The notes: a model not told the origin generated them from the letters alone. A stretch of DNA of 64,000 bases from Mucilaginibacter sp. (GCA_035547095.1 DASZVE010000015.1:17306-81305), one strand, 5' to 3'. Positions 45,601 to 54,879 are shown, numbered from the stretch's first letter. Made by a program: numbers and translations.

Positions 45601-46126
45601 AGCCATAATAAGTATTTTGTACATCCAGGTAGCCGACATTACCGCTGAATTTGGTTGTTTGAGGAAAATATTGGGCGGCGGTGCCGTTCAAAATTATCTT
45701 TGCGGTAGAGCTTGATGGGAATTTAAGCGTTCCGCTGCTAAAATTGCCCGCTAAGGTAAGCACACCGGTATTGCTTATGCTAAATGTGGTGGTACTGGCC
45801 ATTGATATATTGCCCGGCACTGTGAGCGAGCCATTAAGCGTTAACGTGGCAGTTTTGCTCGTGCCGAAAGTGATGGATGCCGCATACGCTGTTTCCGACG
45901 ACGATATGGTTGGCTGGTTTGTAAACGAAGTGCTGCCGATGCTTACCGCATCGTTTATTGTCGGCACCCCCGACGGCGACCAGTTGCTGGCTGTATTCCA
46001 GTCGGTGCTGGACGAGCCCTTCCAGACATAGGTACTCGCATATGCATTATTTAACGAAAATGCTGTTACTACAACAATAATAATTGCCCGCAAAAAACCC
46101 TTGAATAAAGTGAATGCTGTTTTCAT
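42632..46126 (-). CDS. Large secreted repeat protein with a T9SS C-terminal sorting domain
   Basis: Has a signal peptide and T/S/N/G-rich beta-strand repeats. The C-terminus is YPNPAASVINLKI...LQPGTYIVQVID...VTSFVKN (Por secretion tail pattern). Confidence 0.85.
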   Translation of the reverse strand: MKTAFTLFKGFLRAIIIVVVTAFSLNNAYASTYVWKGSSSTDWNTASNWSPSGVPTINDAVSIGSTSFTNQPTISSSETAYAASITFGTSKTATLTLNGSLTVPGNISMASTTTFSISNTGVLTLAGNFSSGTLKFPSSSTAKIILNGTAAQYFPQTTKFSGNVGYLDVQNTYYGSSTDKGVELLNQASGSYVTINYLYVEPNAIFNANATLVEGTNYHATIGANALYISRSTFNFHDNDVIDPTATLEFTATNQVINLVKPNASGTNLPPNVIFTGANITVNGGTSPDNTTVFDVLGNFGVLNTTNSVTFDSQLTEIDIGNNFIGNGAMYSGSLPINIAGSWLNTANYNVGGVVTYDGNNASDSTQVVSTSVNYQNNVVFTGATPKQVASGTMNVAGNLDNSAGTNVDFVTNSSTLLMDGSGTQYIKGGTAGNNYYPSNVVTGTIFNNVTISTSGSGANTVLQGNNNISPLGVLTVNNPALLDASASNSLTLLSDATGSATFATLSSGASISGTINVQRFVKGSYPTDVSRRGYRLMSSTVYTGTAGSNKVFDLSWLANSAIITGPSGGGFFSVGNPSTYIYREDIIPSDVNFTTGDFKGIAKINNSPVYNIGTQKRLTLTNVNDTTVTIPVGNGVLFFFRGNKTTPNGSTSGTKTSLPYNYPEDVTFTNTGTLNTGTVNVKLWYRQDNYLGYTNSPSLANSAVRGYCLVGNPYAATINWEKFNRNSTVANSSIYGGGGLTSTIYMFNPTNKQYEAYMQKTGTIVSADTISNINPGTAVGSASNMIASGQGFFIRASSTSQTLSFRETAKTTTQPSASQLNILMGKPKATPSGDEPLVRIRLSKDSINTDEIVVRLNDSASNCYKITEDAGDMGGISPAVSLSAMASDSIKLCIDRLPFPAKTPQVIPLLVDGTATGQYQLKLTQLSNLQPTYGVWLRDRTKPDSINLRTNPVYSFTINKADTTTFGGKRFQLVISKDPVPALQLLSFNANKITEGSLLIWKTKNESDYTAFYIERSTDNGIKFNPIGSMQSDGTGRYAFVDRSPAHGQNQYRLKLDDINNNITYSNIASLNYSRHENILATLITAYPNPAASVINLKITRDPNPAPYDIRIVNSSGLLVRQELTQQSTWQTNITNLQPGTYIVQVIDNLNKSVVGVTSFVKN

Positions 46127-46396
46127 AGAGGATTAATCGTAAGAGAGATATGGTTGCAAGTTGAAGGTGAAGCATGGTTAATGAATCTGATAAAGTAACC
46201 TTTAGTTAAATAAATAGGGGAGGGTACACGACAACCGTCACACTATATTACGGTCTATTTTTAATAAATGTTTCGGCTAAGGAGAGACTATTTTTTACTT
46301 GGCTGCAACACAGCCAAATAAATTACTTATTTGAAGATAATAAACTGGTAACCAGTCTGTTGAAGTTGAAAAAAAGTGAAAATTTTAAACGGGATT

Positions 46397-47305
46397 TCAG
46401 TCAAGCGACAACTGCCAGACAATGACGCGCTTATCGTCGCTAACCGAAATCAGCTTGTCGCCATCCCACGCAAGTTTGTTAACTGATAGTTGATGGGATG
46501 GGTAGCCTTTTTCGCGGCTGATAACCTTGTAAAGCTTGAAGTTGTCTGCACCCCATATCTTAATGCTCTTGTCCATACTTGCGGTCGCGAAGTAAGGTTT
46601 ATCAGGATGAAAGAGAATATGGTTTACGGCGAACATGTGTGCGGCTATCGTGTGCTTCAGTTCTAATGAAGAAGTGTCCCATATTTTTACCTGTGCATCG
46701 CGCGACCCGCTGGCGAGGTATGTATTGCGGGGCGAGAACTGAACGGCGAAAACAGGCAGGGTGTGACTGCGCAGGCTTTTAATAATAGAATAATCCTCGA
46801 GGTCGTATAACTTCACCGAATTGTCCCGGCAGCCAAAGGCGACCATTTTTTCATTCGGAGCGATAGAAATGCTCCGGATGGTATCGGCAGAAACTTTTAG
46901 GACGTACAGTTGCTCCAGCGTGTCAAGGCTCCAAACGGAAACGGTACCGTCTTCGGACGCTACCAGTAGCTCCTTTTTACCCGGCGTGGATTTGATATCG
47001 AATACCGGGGCACGGTGGTGTTTAAGCAGCTTAATGACTTTTTGCTCACCAAAATGAAACACGGTGACATCGCCGCTGCGCAAGCCGGCAAAAAGCAGGG
47101 GATAACCCGCCGGGCAATGAATAGCATAGATCGACGCCGGCACGGGAAACATCACCTTGATAAAGGAATTATCCTTCAAGCTCCATTCCACCAGGCCCTT
47201 ATCGTTGCCGCCTGTAAACAGGATACCCGACTTTTGTGAAAGCTCAAGCGTAAATATCGGGTTATTATGGCCGGTGAGTTCGGCTATTTTTTCTGCGGTG
47301 ATCAT
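46397..47305 (-). CDS. WD40-repeat protein
   Basis: 302 aa with about 7 repeats ending in W-x/D-like dipeptides (VSVWSL, VKIWD, IKIWG, VIVWQL). Confidence 0.8.
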   Translation of the reverse strand: MITAEKIAELTGHNNPIFTLELSQKSGILFTGGNDKGLVEWSLKDNSFIKVMFPVPASIYAIHCPAGYPLLFAGLRSGDVTVFHFGEQKVIKLLKHHRAPVFDIKSTPGKKELLVASEDGTVSVWSLDTLEQLYVLKVSADTIRSISIAPNEKMVAFGCRDNSVKLYDLEDYSIIKSLRSHTLPVFAVQFSPRNTYLASGSRDAQVKIWDTSSLELKHTIAAHMFAVNHILFHPDKPYFATASMDKSIKIWGADNFKLYKVISREKGYPSHQLSVNKLAWDGDKLISVSDDKRVIVWQLSLD

Positions 47306-47313
47306 GTTTGGGC

Positions 47314-47383
47314 TTATAGTTCATGGTTCATAGTTCATAGGCAATTCCGTATTTGCCATGAACTATGAACCATGATCCATGAA
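47314..47383. repeat. Heptad word array TCATRGT (47314-47341) and complementary CYATGAA array (47356-47383), directly after hisIE
   Basis: The left array reads ttatagt tcatggt tcatagt tcatagg. The right array reads ccatgaa ctatgaa ccatgat ccatgaa. Confidence 0.85.
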
Positions 47384-47971
47384 CTACTTATGCCTTCCTT
47401 CCAAATTCTTCGCGATCGTCTCTAAACTCATACCTTTTTCGCGAAGCAAAACCAGTAAGTGGAATACCAGGTCGGAGGTTTCATCAATGAATTCAGTTTC
47501 GCTTTGAGCGAGCGCTGCGATAACCGTTTCAACGGCTTCTTCACCAACTTTTTGGGCGATCTTATTCAGCCCCTTGTTGCGAAGCTTGTTCACATACGAG
47601 CCTTCAACCGGATGCTCATACCGATCGTTAACGATTTCCTCCAGCTCCAGGATAAAGTTTTGGTTATATTCTGTCTTAAAGCAGCTTCGCGAACCGGTAT
47701 GACAAGTGGGCCCGTCGGCTTTAACTTTGATGAGCAGGGTGTCGTTGTCGCAATCTTCATGGATGCTTTTCACATGCAAAAAGTTGTTGCTTGTCTCCCC
47801 CTTGGTCCACAAACGGTTTTTGGAGCGCGAAAAGAAAGTGACGATGTTTTCGGCTACAGTCTTTTCATAAGCTTCCTGGTTCATATAACCCAGCATCAGC
47901 ACTTCTAAGGTTTGCTCGTCCTGTATAATTGCCGGGACCAGCCCGTCGCTTTTGTTGAAATCGATATTCAT
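47384..47971 (-). CDS. hisIE: Bifunctional phosphoribosyl-AMP cyclohydrolase / phosphoribosyl-ATP diphosphatase
   Basis: Contains GLVPAIIQD...[22 protein letters not shown], then a HisE helical part. Confidence 0.95.
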   Translation of the reverse strand: MNIDFNKSDGLVPAIIQDEQTLEVLMLGYMNQEAYEKTVAENIVTFFSRSKNRLWTKGETSNNFLHVKSIHEDCDNDTLLIKVKADGPTCHTGSRSCFKTEYNQNFILELEEIVNDRYEHPVEGSYVNKLRNKGLNKIAQKVGEEAVETVIAALAQSETEFIDETSDLVFHLLVLLREKGMSLETIAKNLEGRHK

Positions 47972-47992
47972 ATCCTATCAATGTGCGTTGGA

Positions 47993-48067
47993 TGTCATAT
48001 TGAGGCACTCGAAACATGCGGGCAAAGGCCTTCGCGCTCATACTTCCGGTGCCTCAGTATGACACCC
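47993..48067. repeat. 75-nt hairpin element, copy A (hisF/hisIE spacer)
   Basis: By hand count it matches 48865-48939 at 70 of 75 positions. The terminal 14-nt arms are tgtcatattgaggc / gcctcagtatgaca. Confidence 0.9.
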
Positions 48068-48076
48068 TTTTTATTT

Positions 48077-48841
48077 TTAATTATAAATCTGTCTTACTTC
48101 AATTTGGTGCTGCTTCAAAACCTTCTTCAGGTCCGGTATCAATATCTCACCATAATGAAACACCGAGGCTGCCAGAGCCGCATCGACGTTAGTTTTTTCA
48201 AACACGTCCACAAAATGCTGCACCGAACCCGCGCCGCCGGAGGCGATTACCGGTATATGTACTGCATCGTTCACTTGCTTCAGGAATTCATTATCAAATC
48301 CGCCTTTGGTACCATCATGATCCATCGATGTTAGCAATATCTCACCCGCACCGCGGTTTTCGGCCTCCAATATCCAATCGAAAGTTTCCTTCTCGGTTGC
48401 AATGCGTCCACCGTTCAGGTGCACCAGGTTTTGGTCGCCAACGCGCCGCGTGTCAACTGCAACGATAACGAATTGCACGCCGAAAGCCTTAGCCAGCTCA
48501 TCGATCAAAGCCGGGTTGCGCACGGCTGCCGAATTGATCGATATTTTGTCGGCGCCTGCATTCAGCAAAGCATCAGCATCGGCTATTTCATTAATGCCAC
48601 CTCCAATAGTGAAGGGAATGTTTATTTGTCTTGCCACCGCCTTCACTAATTCCACCATCGTTTTACGGCGCTCGTGCGTGGCCGTAATATCCAGGAAAAC
48701 CAGCTCATCGGCGCCCTGTTGCGAATAGTTCCAGGCCAGCTCAACCGGGTCGCCGGCATCACGCAGGTCGACAAAGTTGACGCCTTTTACCGTTCGGCCT
48801 TCTTTAACGTCGAGGCATGGGATGATTCTTTTAGACAACAC
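48077..48841 (-). CDS. hisF: Imidazole glycerol phosphate synthase cyclase subunit HisF
   Basis: Contains [19 protein letters not shown] and the rest of the HisF pattern. The start is taken at GTG 48841 (or TTG 48838). The track ORF extension to 48913 reads through repeat copy B. Confidence 0.95.
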   Translation of the reverse strand: MLSKRIIPCLDVKEGRTVKGVNFVDLRDAGDPVELAWNYSQQGADELVFLDITATHERRKTMVELVKAVARQINIPFTIGGGINEIADADALLNAGADKISINSAAVRNPALIDELAKAFGVQFVIVAVDTRRVGDQNLVHLNGGRIATEKETFDWILEAENRGAGEILLTSMDHDGTKGGFDNEFLKQVNDAVHIPVIASGGAGSVQHFVDVFEKTNVDAALAASVFHYGEILIPDLKKVLKQHQIEVRQIYN

Positions 48842-48864
48842 TTTAATAAATATTTGAGGGCGGC

Positions 48865-48939
48865 TGTCATGTTGAGGCACTCGAAACATGCGGGCAAAGG
48901 CCTTCGCGCACATACTTCGAGAGCCTCAGTATGACACCC
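48865..48939. repeat. 75-nt hairpin element, copy B (hisA/hisF spacer)
   Basis: See copy A. The internal arms gaggcactcgaa / ttcgagagcctc also pair. Confidence 0.9.
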
Positions 48940-48944
48940 TTTTG

Positions 48945-49694
48945 TTATATCGAAATCAATGATTTTAAATTCCAGTTTTGAATTTCATCGATCGTCACAT
49001 GCCCTTCATATATCGCTTTGCCAACCACACATGATTCCACCTTGATGCGGCTCAACTGGATAATGTCTTTCATGGAACTAATACCGCCCGATGCGATCAG
49101 CTTGATAAACGGCGAATGGTCAAGCAGTTTCTTGTACAACTCGATACCGGCGCCGCCAAGTTTGCCATCTTTTCCAATATCTGTGCACAAAAAACGGAAA
49201 AAACCTAACTGGAGACACTTGTCAACATAATCCATCAGCTTGATGGGCGAGCTTTCCATCCAGCCTGAATATTTGATCACCTCGTCGAGCACATCGATCG
49301 CAACGATCACCTGGTCGGAGCATTTATCCCTGCCGCAAATTTCCTGGCTCAGGGCCGGTAAAAAATTTGGATTGGTCAATGCCTGTGTGCCGACGATCAC
49401 ACGGAAAACGCCGGCGTCGATCAGCTCCTTTACCTTATCAATGCTGCGAACACCACCGCCATACTGAACCTTCATATCTGTTTTTCGGATCACGTCGAAC
49501 AGGTATTCCTGGTTGCTGAAGTCGTTACGGGCGCCGTTCAGGTCGATCACGTGGATCATCTCTGTGCCATGCGACTTATACTGGTCGATCATTTCTTCCA
49601 GCGTAACGTCATATTCCGTCACCTGTTCATAGTCGCCCTCCCGAAGCCTTACAACTTTTTTGTTTAAAATATCTATTGCGGGAATAATGTACAT
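48945..49694 (-). CDS. hisA: ProFAR isomerase HisA
   Basis: Begins MYIIPAIDILNKKVVRLREGDY. The ATG at 49694 lies 5 nt after the hisH stop. Confidence 0.9.
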   Translation of the reverse strand: MYIIPAIDILNKKVVRLREGDYEQVTEYDVTLEEMIDQYKSHGTEMIHVIDLNGARNDFSNQEYLFDVIRKTDMKVQYGGGVRSIDKVKELIDAGVFRVIVGTQALTNPNFLPALSQEICGRDKCSDQVIVAIDVLDEVIKYSGWMESSPIKLMDYVDKCLQLGFFRFLCTDIGKDGKLGGAGIELYKKLLDHSPFIKLIASGGISSMKDIIQLSRIKVESCVVGKAIYEGHVTIDEIQNWNLKSLISI

Positions 49695-49699
49695 ATCTG

Positions 49700-50290
49700 T
49701 CAAATGTTTGAAAAGTTAGTTAGGAGTTGTTCGCCGTATTTGCCCGATTTTTCAGGGTGAAATTGTACGGCGTAGAAGTTTTCCTTCCAAATTGATGCCG
49801 AAAACTTTGTACTATAATCGGTTGAAGCCAAAGTATATGCCGCGTTGAACTCAATAAAGTATGAATGTACAAAGTAAAAATGTGAACTGTTAGGAATTTT
49901 TTCAAAAAGCGGATTGGCCATTTCCTGCTCCACGCGGTTCCAGCCGGTGTGCGGTACTTTGTATTCGGCGCTGTCGGCAAAGCGTTTAGTTTGTATCGGA
50001 AAGATATTCAGCATATTAGCGTCGCCTTCTTCGGAGTGCGCCGTCATCAGCTGCATGCCCACGCAAATGCCCAGCGTCGGTTTTTGCAGCGACTTGATCT
50101 TTTCCACCATGCCGCTCTGCTGCAATTTATTCATGGCAGTGCCTGCGTGTCCTACTCCGGGGATAATAAAGCGGTCAAACTGTTCAAAATCGGCTTCACC
50201 GAAAACCATACCATATTTTATGCCCAACCGCTCCAAAGCAGCAGTCAAACTGAAAATATTCCCGGCGCCGTATCTTATTATGCCTATCAT
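49700..50290 (-). CDS. hisH: Imidazole glycerol phosphate synthase glutamine amidotransferase subunit HisH
   Basis: Contains IGIIRYGAGNIFS, GVGHAG and LGICVGMQL (catalytic Cys). The start is taken at ATG 50290, past the heptad array. Confidence 0.9.
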   Translation of the reverse strand: MIGIIRYGAGNIFSLTAALERLGIKYGMVFGEADFEQFDRFIIPGVGHAGTAMNKLQQSGMVEKIKSLQKPTLGICVGMQLMTAHSEEGDANMLNIFPIQTKRFADSAEYKVPHTGWNRVEQEMANPLFEKIPNSSHFYFVHSYFIEFNAAYTLASTDYSTKFSASIWKENFYAVQFHPEKSGKYGEQLLTNFSNI

Positions 50291-50300
50291 TTTGTTGTTA

Positions 50301-50361
50301 GAACCAAGAATCAAGAGTCAAGACAGAATCTATCTTGGTTCTTGGCTCTTGATTCTTGGTT
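50301..50361. repeat. Heptad word array GARTCAA (50301-50328) and complementary CTTGRYT array (50334-50361) in the hisB/hisH spacer
   Basis: The left array reads gaaccaa gaatcaa gagtcaa gacagaa. The right array reads cttggtt cttggct cttgatt cttggtt. Confidence 0.85.
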
Positions 50362-50365
50362 CTCT

Positions 50366-51514
50366 CTAAAGCACTCCCTTCGTGCTTGGTAAAACCATCT
50401 TATCCGCATCACGCTTTACAGCCATTTTGATGGCCTTGGCGAATGCCTTAAATATTGCTTCTATTTTGTGATGCTCGTTCTGGCCCTCGGCTTTGATGTT
50501 CAGGTTCGATTTGGATGCGTCCGAAAACGATTTGAAGAAATGAAAAAACATCTCCGTCGGCATTTCGCCGATCTTTTCGCGTTTAAATTCCGCGTCCCAA
50601 ACGATCCAGTTCCGTCCCCCGAAATCAATGGCCACCTGCGCCAGGCAATCGTCCATCGGCAGGCAGAAACCGTAACGCTCGATGCCGCGCTTATCGCCTA
50701 ATGCTTTGGCAAACAGTTCGCCTAAAGCGATGCCGGTATCTTCAATAGTATGGTGCTCGTCGATATGCAGGTCGCCCTTAGCTTTAATCTCCAGGTCGAT
50801 ACTTCCATGTTTGGCGATCTGCTCCAGCATGTGGTCGAAGAAATGCAAACCGGTTGATATTTTGGCTTCGCCTTTGCCGCCAAGGTTTACTTTGATATAA
50901 ATGTCAGTCTCTTTAGTTGTGCGCCGGTGTTCAGCCAAGCGCTCACCCAGTTTCAGGAACTCATAGACCTTTTGCCAGTCGGTGGTTTCCAGCGCAATTA
51001 TGTCATGTAAAGCATCGTGCTGTTCCTGCGTAAATTCATGACCGCCGAGGTTCGAGCCGTTATTCAACCAGATCGCTTTTGCGCCCAGGTTTTTGGCTAA
51101 CAGGATATCATTCTTACGGTCGCCTATGACAAAGGAATTCTTAAGATCGTATTTCTCTGTATCGAAATATTGGCCTAGTAAGCCCGTGCCCGGCTTGCGG
51201 GTAGGAGCGTTGTCTTTCGCGAAGGTGCGGTCAACATGTGTGTTGGCAAACTTTACACCCTCGTTTTCGAAGGTTTTCAGCACGAAATTCTGAATAGCAT
51301 TAAAATGCTCTTCGGGGTACACGGAAGTGCCGAGGCCATCCTGATTGGTCACCATAGCCAGCTCAAAGTCCAGCTCTTTGGCTATCCTCGGCAGCCAGGT
51401 GAGCGCGCCCGGATAAAACTCCAGCTTGGCAAATGAATCGATCTGTTCGTCGGCTGTTTCGAGTATCATAGTGCCGTCGCGGTCGATGAAAAGTACTCTC
51501 TTAGGTGCGCTCAT
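50366..51514 (-). CDS. hisB: Bifunctional histidinol-phosphatase / imidazoleglycerol-phosphate dehydratase
   Basis: An N-terminal HAD part (FIDRDGT) is followed by IGPD motifs ([24 protein letters not shown]). Confidence 0.95.
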   Translation of the reverse strand: MSAPKRVLFIDRDGTMILETADEQIDSFAKLEFYPGALTWLPRIAKELDFELAMVTNQDGLGTSVYPEEHFNAIQNFVLKTFENEGVKFANTHVDRTFAKDNAPTRKPGTGLLGQYFDTEKYDLKNSFVIGDRKNDILLAKNLGAKAIWLNNGSNLGGHEFTQEQHDALHDIIALETTDWQKVYEFLKLGERLAEHRRTTKETDIYIKVNLGGKGEAKISTGLHFFDHMLEQIAKHGSIDLEIKAKGDLHIDEHHTIEDTGIALGELFAKALGDKRGIERYGFCLPMDDCLAQVAIDFGGRNWIVWDAEFKREKIGEMPTEMFFHFFKSFSDASKSNLNIKAEGQNEHHKIEAIFKAFAKAIKMAVKRDADKMVLPSTKGVL

Positions 51515-52557
51515 TGGTAATCCTGTAAAGTTTGTAATAGGGTAGTGTTTTCAGTCGGCGTGCCCACGGTAATGCGCAGACATCCCTCACACAATTCAAC
51601 CTTCGAGCGGTCGCGGACAATGATACCTTTGCCTACCAAAAAGTTATAAATGCCCTTCGGATCCGTCGTCTTAACCAGGATAAAATTAGCGTCGGAAGGG
51701 TATATATCGATTACGAAACCGAAGTCTTTCAGCTCGAGTACCAATTTGTCCCTTTGTGCCAAAGTTTCGCGTATCCAATTGTTTACCTGGTCGATATTTT
51801 GCAATGCTTTGAGCGCCAATTGCTGCGACGCCTCATTCACGTTGTATGGCGGCTTCACTTTGTTCATCACCTCGATGACCTCCTCGCTGGCAAAGGCCAT
51901 GCCCACCCGCAGCCCCGCCAAACCCCATGCTTTGGACAGCGTTTGCAGCACCACCAGGTTGGCATATTCGGTGAGCTCCTGTATAAAGCTCTTCTGGCGA
52001 CTGAAATTAATATACGCCTCATCGATCACCACCAGGCCGTTAAAATTGGCCAGTATGGTTTGTATATCATCACGGTGCATTGAATTGCCTGTCGGATTGT
52101 TCGGCGAACAGATAAAGATCAGTTTGGTATGCGCGTCAATAGCTTCGGCAATACCTTCCAGGTTCAACTGGTATTCTTCCGTCAGCGGCACGCGCTTGAT
52201 GGCGATATCATTGATATTTGCCGAAACCTCGTACATGCCATAGGTAGGAGGAACAAGGATCACATTGTCTACACCCGGGTTGCAAAAGCTGCGGAACAGG
52301 ATGTCAATGGCTTCGTCGCTGCCATTGCCCAAAAAGATATTGCGCGGCGGTACACCTTTTATCTCGCTCAGGCGCAGCTTAACCTGGTACTGCAGCGGAT
52401 CGGGATAGCGGTTGTATTGCTGCTCCAGCGGCGAACCGAAAGCGTTCTCATTTGCATCCAAATACACACTTGCCTCGCCCTGGAACTCGTCGCGTGCGGA
52501 GGAGTAGGGCTTGAGGTTTTTGATGTTTTGCCTTATTATATTGTTGATGTCAAACAT
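51511..52557 (-). CDS. hisC: Histidinol-phosphate aminotransferase
   Basis: A class-II aminotransferase pattern, with SPNNPTG and the [17 protein letters not shown] lysine. It overlaps hisB by 4 nt. Confidence 0.9.
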   Translation of the reverse strand: MFDINNIIRQNIKNLKPYSSARDEFQGEASVYLDANENAFGSPLEQQYNRYPDPLQYQVKLRLSEIKGVPPRNIFLGNGSDEAIDILFRSFCNPGVDNVILVPPTYGMYEVSANINDIAIKRVPLTEEYQLNLEGIAEAIDAHTKLIFICSPNNPTGNSMHRDDIQTILANFNGLVVIDEAYINFSRQKSFIQELTEYANLVVLQTLSKAWGLAGLRVGMAFASEEVIEVMNKVKPPYNVNEASQQLALKALQNIDQVNNWIRETLAQRDKLVLELKDFGFVIDIYPSDANFILVKTTDPKGIYNFLVGKGIIVRDRSKVELCEGCLRITVGTPTENTTLLQTLQDYQ

Positions 52558-52570
52558 TTTAAATCTTGTT

Positions 52571-52634
52571 TGTCATTCCGAGCGCAGCGAAGAATCTAAT
52601 TAAATAAGATGCTTCACTTCGTTCAGCACGACAG
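52571..52634. repeat. Imperfect hairpin element of the cattccgagcgcagcgaagaatc type (hisD/hisC spacer)
   Basis: The arms are tgtcattccgagcgcagcgaagaatc and gatgcttcacttcgttcagcacgaca. By hand count, 18 of 25 arm positions are complementary. Confidence 0.7.
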
Positions 52635-53921
52635 TTATTGCTTAAGTCGTACACTCACTGCATTCCTATGGGCTCTTAACCCTTCCAGTTCAGCCAAAGT
52701 CTCCACAGCCGGACCAATATTTCTGATTCCTTCCGGGCTAATGTGCTGAAAGGTGATCTTCTTAACAAATGAGTCAACTGACATCCCGGAATACGCTCGT
52801 GCATAGGCGCTCGTCGGTAAAGTGTGATTCGTGCCCGAAGCATAGTCCCCCGCGCTTTCCGGCGTCAGGTTACCGAGAAATACTGAACCCGCATTGACGA
52901 TGTTAGCGGTTAGCTGTCGCCAGTTGGCAGTGGCCAAGATCAAATGCTCCGGTGCATAAGCATTGCTGAAATCCATGGCCTCATCCAGGTTGTTTACCAA
53001 AACGATGTATGAATTATCGATCGCTTTTTTCGCGATAGCTGCCCTTGGCAATTCCTTTAGTTGGCGTTCTACTTCTGCGCTTGCTTTTTCGGCTATTTCC
53101 CTGGAGGTCGTTACCAGTATCGACTGACTATCTACGCCATGCTCAGCCTGTGCCAGCAGATCGGCCGCCACAAATTCGGGCACCGCACTGTCATCAGCTA
53201 TGACTAAAACTTCCGATGGTCCGGCGGGCATGTCGATAGCTGTGTTAGTCGTCGATTGAATAATAGTTTTTGCTTTGGTTACATACTGGTTACCCGGGCC
53301 AAAAATCTTATCAACCTTGGGGATACTTTCGGTTCCGTAAGCCATGGCTGCTATTGCCTGCGCGCCGCCGGTAAGATAAACCTTTTCGATTCCTAACAAT
53401 TGCGAAACATAAGCGATGTAACCGTTCACTTTGCCATCTTTCTGCGGCGGCGAACAAACTACGATCTCTCGGCAGCCGGCTATCTGCGCCGGGATGCCCA
53501 GCATTAAGAAGGTGCTTGGCAAAACAGCGGTTCCACCGGGAATGTATAAGCCAACCTTTTCTATTGGCCTTAATTCGCGCCAGCAGGTGACGCCGGGCAT
53601 AGTCTCCACCTTATCCTCGCTTCTCAGCTGTGATTGGTGGAACTTATAAATATTATTATACGCTGTTTGCAGGGCCTTTTTTTGCTCCGGAGCAATAGTA
53701 GAGGATAATTGCTCAAGCTCTTCCTTTTCAATGGCCAGGCTTGTTAGCTCAACCTTATCAAACTTAGCGGCATACTCCAGCAACGCCTGGTCGCCATTCG
53801 TACGGACGTTCTGTATCACATCCTCCACAACGGCACGTATCTCATCCGCCGGATCAACATTTCGCTGAACCAGTTTTTGGATATCCGTTTTGCTTAAGTC
53901 TGAATAGTTGTACGTCTTCAT
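52635..53921 (-). CDS. hisD: Histidinol dehydrogenase
   Basis: 428 aa. Contains DMPAGPSEVLVIAD and AEHGVDSQ. Confidence 0.95.
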   Translation of the reverse strand: MKTYNYSDLSKTDIQKLVQRNVDPADEIRAVVEDVIQNVRTNGDQALLEYAAKFDKVELTSLAIEKEELEQLSSTIAPEQKKALQTAYNNIYKFHQSQLRSEDKVETMPGVTCWRELRPIEKVGLYIPGGTAVLPSTFLMLGIPAQIAGCREIVVCSPPQKDGKVNGYIAYVSQLLGIEKVYLTGGAQAIAAMAYGTESIPKVDKIFGPGNQYVTKAKTIIQSTTNTAIDMPAGPSEVLVIADDSAVPEFVAADLLAQAEHGVDSQSILVTTSREIAEKASAEVERQLKELPRAAIAKKAIDNSYIVLVNNLDEAMDFSNAYAPEHLILATANWRQLTANIVNAGSVFLGNLTPESAGDYASGTNHTLPTSAYARAYSGMSVDSFVKKITFQHISPEGIRNIGPAVETLAELEGLRAHRNAVSVRLKQ

Positions 53922-53922
53922 T

Positions 53923-53958
53923 GGCCCCCTCTAAATCTCCCCTGGAAGGGGAGACTTT
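53923..53958 (-). repeat. Family-C 36-nt element (sense on the his mRNA strand)
   Basis: Its reverse complement is aaagtctccccttccaggggagatttagagggggcc, 1 mismatch from the copy at 6310-6345. Confidence 0.85.
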
Positions 53959-53989
53959 TGATTTTGTTTATGTTTCAACCTCACTTTAA

Positions 53990-54027
53990 GCCCTTCCGCC
54001 AACTGGCGGAGAGGGTTGGGGTGGGGC
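53990..54027. repeat. GC-rich hairpin with a G-rich tail (family D), ending at the hisG stop
   Basis: The sequence reads gcccttccgcc aact ggcggagagg gttggggtgggg. The architecture is as at 565-600. Confidence 0.7.
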
Positions 54028-54879
54028 TTATAAAATTATCTTTTCTATCGGCATCACCACAATACCCTGCGCGCCGGCTTGCTTTAACTGGCTGATCCTG
54101 TCCCAAAAATCGCGTTCCGGGATAACGGTATGCACCGCAACCCAGCCTTCCTCGGCCAATGGCACTACCGACGGACTTTTAACCCCCGGCAGCAGCCTGG
54201 TTATCTCAGGCAGACGGACTTTCTCAACATTTAACACTACATATTTGGTCTCGGCTGCCCGGAGAACCGACTGCACCCTTTGGATCAGTTCTTTAATTAG
54301 CTCTTCGTTTTCACTGCCTCTGCGGCCGATTAGCACCGCTTCCGACGACATCACATCTGCAAAGGGCTTCAATCCGTTGCTTTTGAGTGTTCCGCCGGTA
54401 GATACCAGGTCGCAAATAGCATCGGCAAGACCCAAACCCGGCGATATTTCTACCGAACCCGATATGGTGCGGATGTCGGCCTCGATGTTTTTCGACCTTA
54501 GAAATTTCCCCAATATGACCGGGTACGTAGTGGCGATGGATTTACCGTGCAGCTCCGACAGGTCTTTAGGGTGCTCGGTGTTGGGTACCGCAATTTTCAG
54601 CGAGCAGCGGCCGAAACCCAACTTTTGCAGGTAGCTGACATTAACCTCGGTTTCCTGGATCACGTTTTCGCCTACTATGCCCAGGTCGGCGATGCCATCC
54701 TGTACATATTCGGGGATATCGTCATCACGCAGGAACAATATTTCGAGCGGGAAATTGGAAACGGGGGAGATAAGCGAGCTTTTGTAATTCTCGAAATTTA
54801 AGCCGCAATTTTTCAGTAATTCAACTGATTTTTCGTTGAGCCTGCCAGATTTCTGGATGGCTATTTTGAGTGTTTTCAC
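54028..54879 (-). CDS. hisG: ATP phosphoribosyltransferase (long form)
   Basis: 283 aa. Contains KIAIQKSGRL, DLVSTGGTL and a C-terminal regulatory domain. The start codon is GTG. Confidence 0.9.
   Translation of the reverse strand: MKTLKIAIQKSGRLNEKSVELLKNCGLNFENYKSSLISPVSNFPLEILFLRDDDIPEYVQDGIADLGIVGENVIQETEVNVSYLQKLGFGRCSLKIAVPNTEHPKDLSELHGKSIATTYPVILGKFLRSKNIEADIRTISGSVEISPGLGLADAICDLVSTGGTLKSNGLKPFADVMSSEAVLIGRRGSENEELIKELIQRVQSVLRAAETKYVVLNVEKVRLPEITRLLPGVKSPSVVPLAEEGWVAVHTVIPERDFWDRISQLKQAGAQGIVVMPIEKIIL

Noticed and set aside
46127-46396. Possible tRNA or small RNA in the 270-bp spacer upstream of the T9SS cargo gene
   Set aside because: No cloverleaf-compatible arms or conserved T-loop (GTTCRANNC) are seen. 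There are only two short palindromes (ggctg-caaca-cagcc and actggt-a-accagt). The second may be a weak terminator for the WD40 gene.
48842-48913. N-terminal extension of hisF ([24 protein letters not shown]) and the plus-strand ORF 47912-48334
   Set aside because: Both are translations of the 75-nt repeat copies. HisF homology starts at [11 protein letters not shown], with a GTG/TTG start at 48841/48838.
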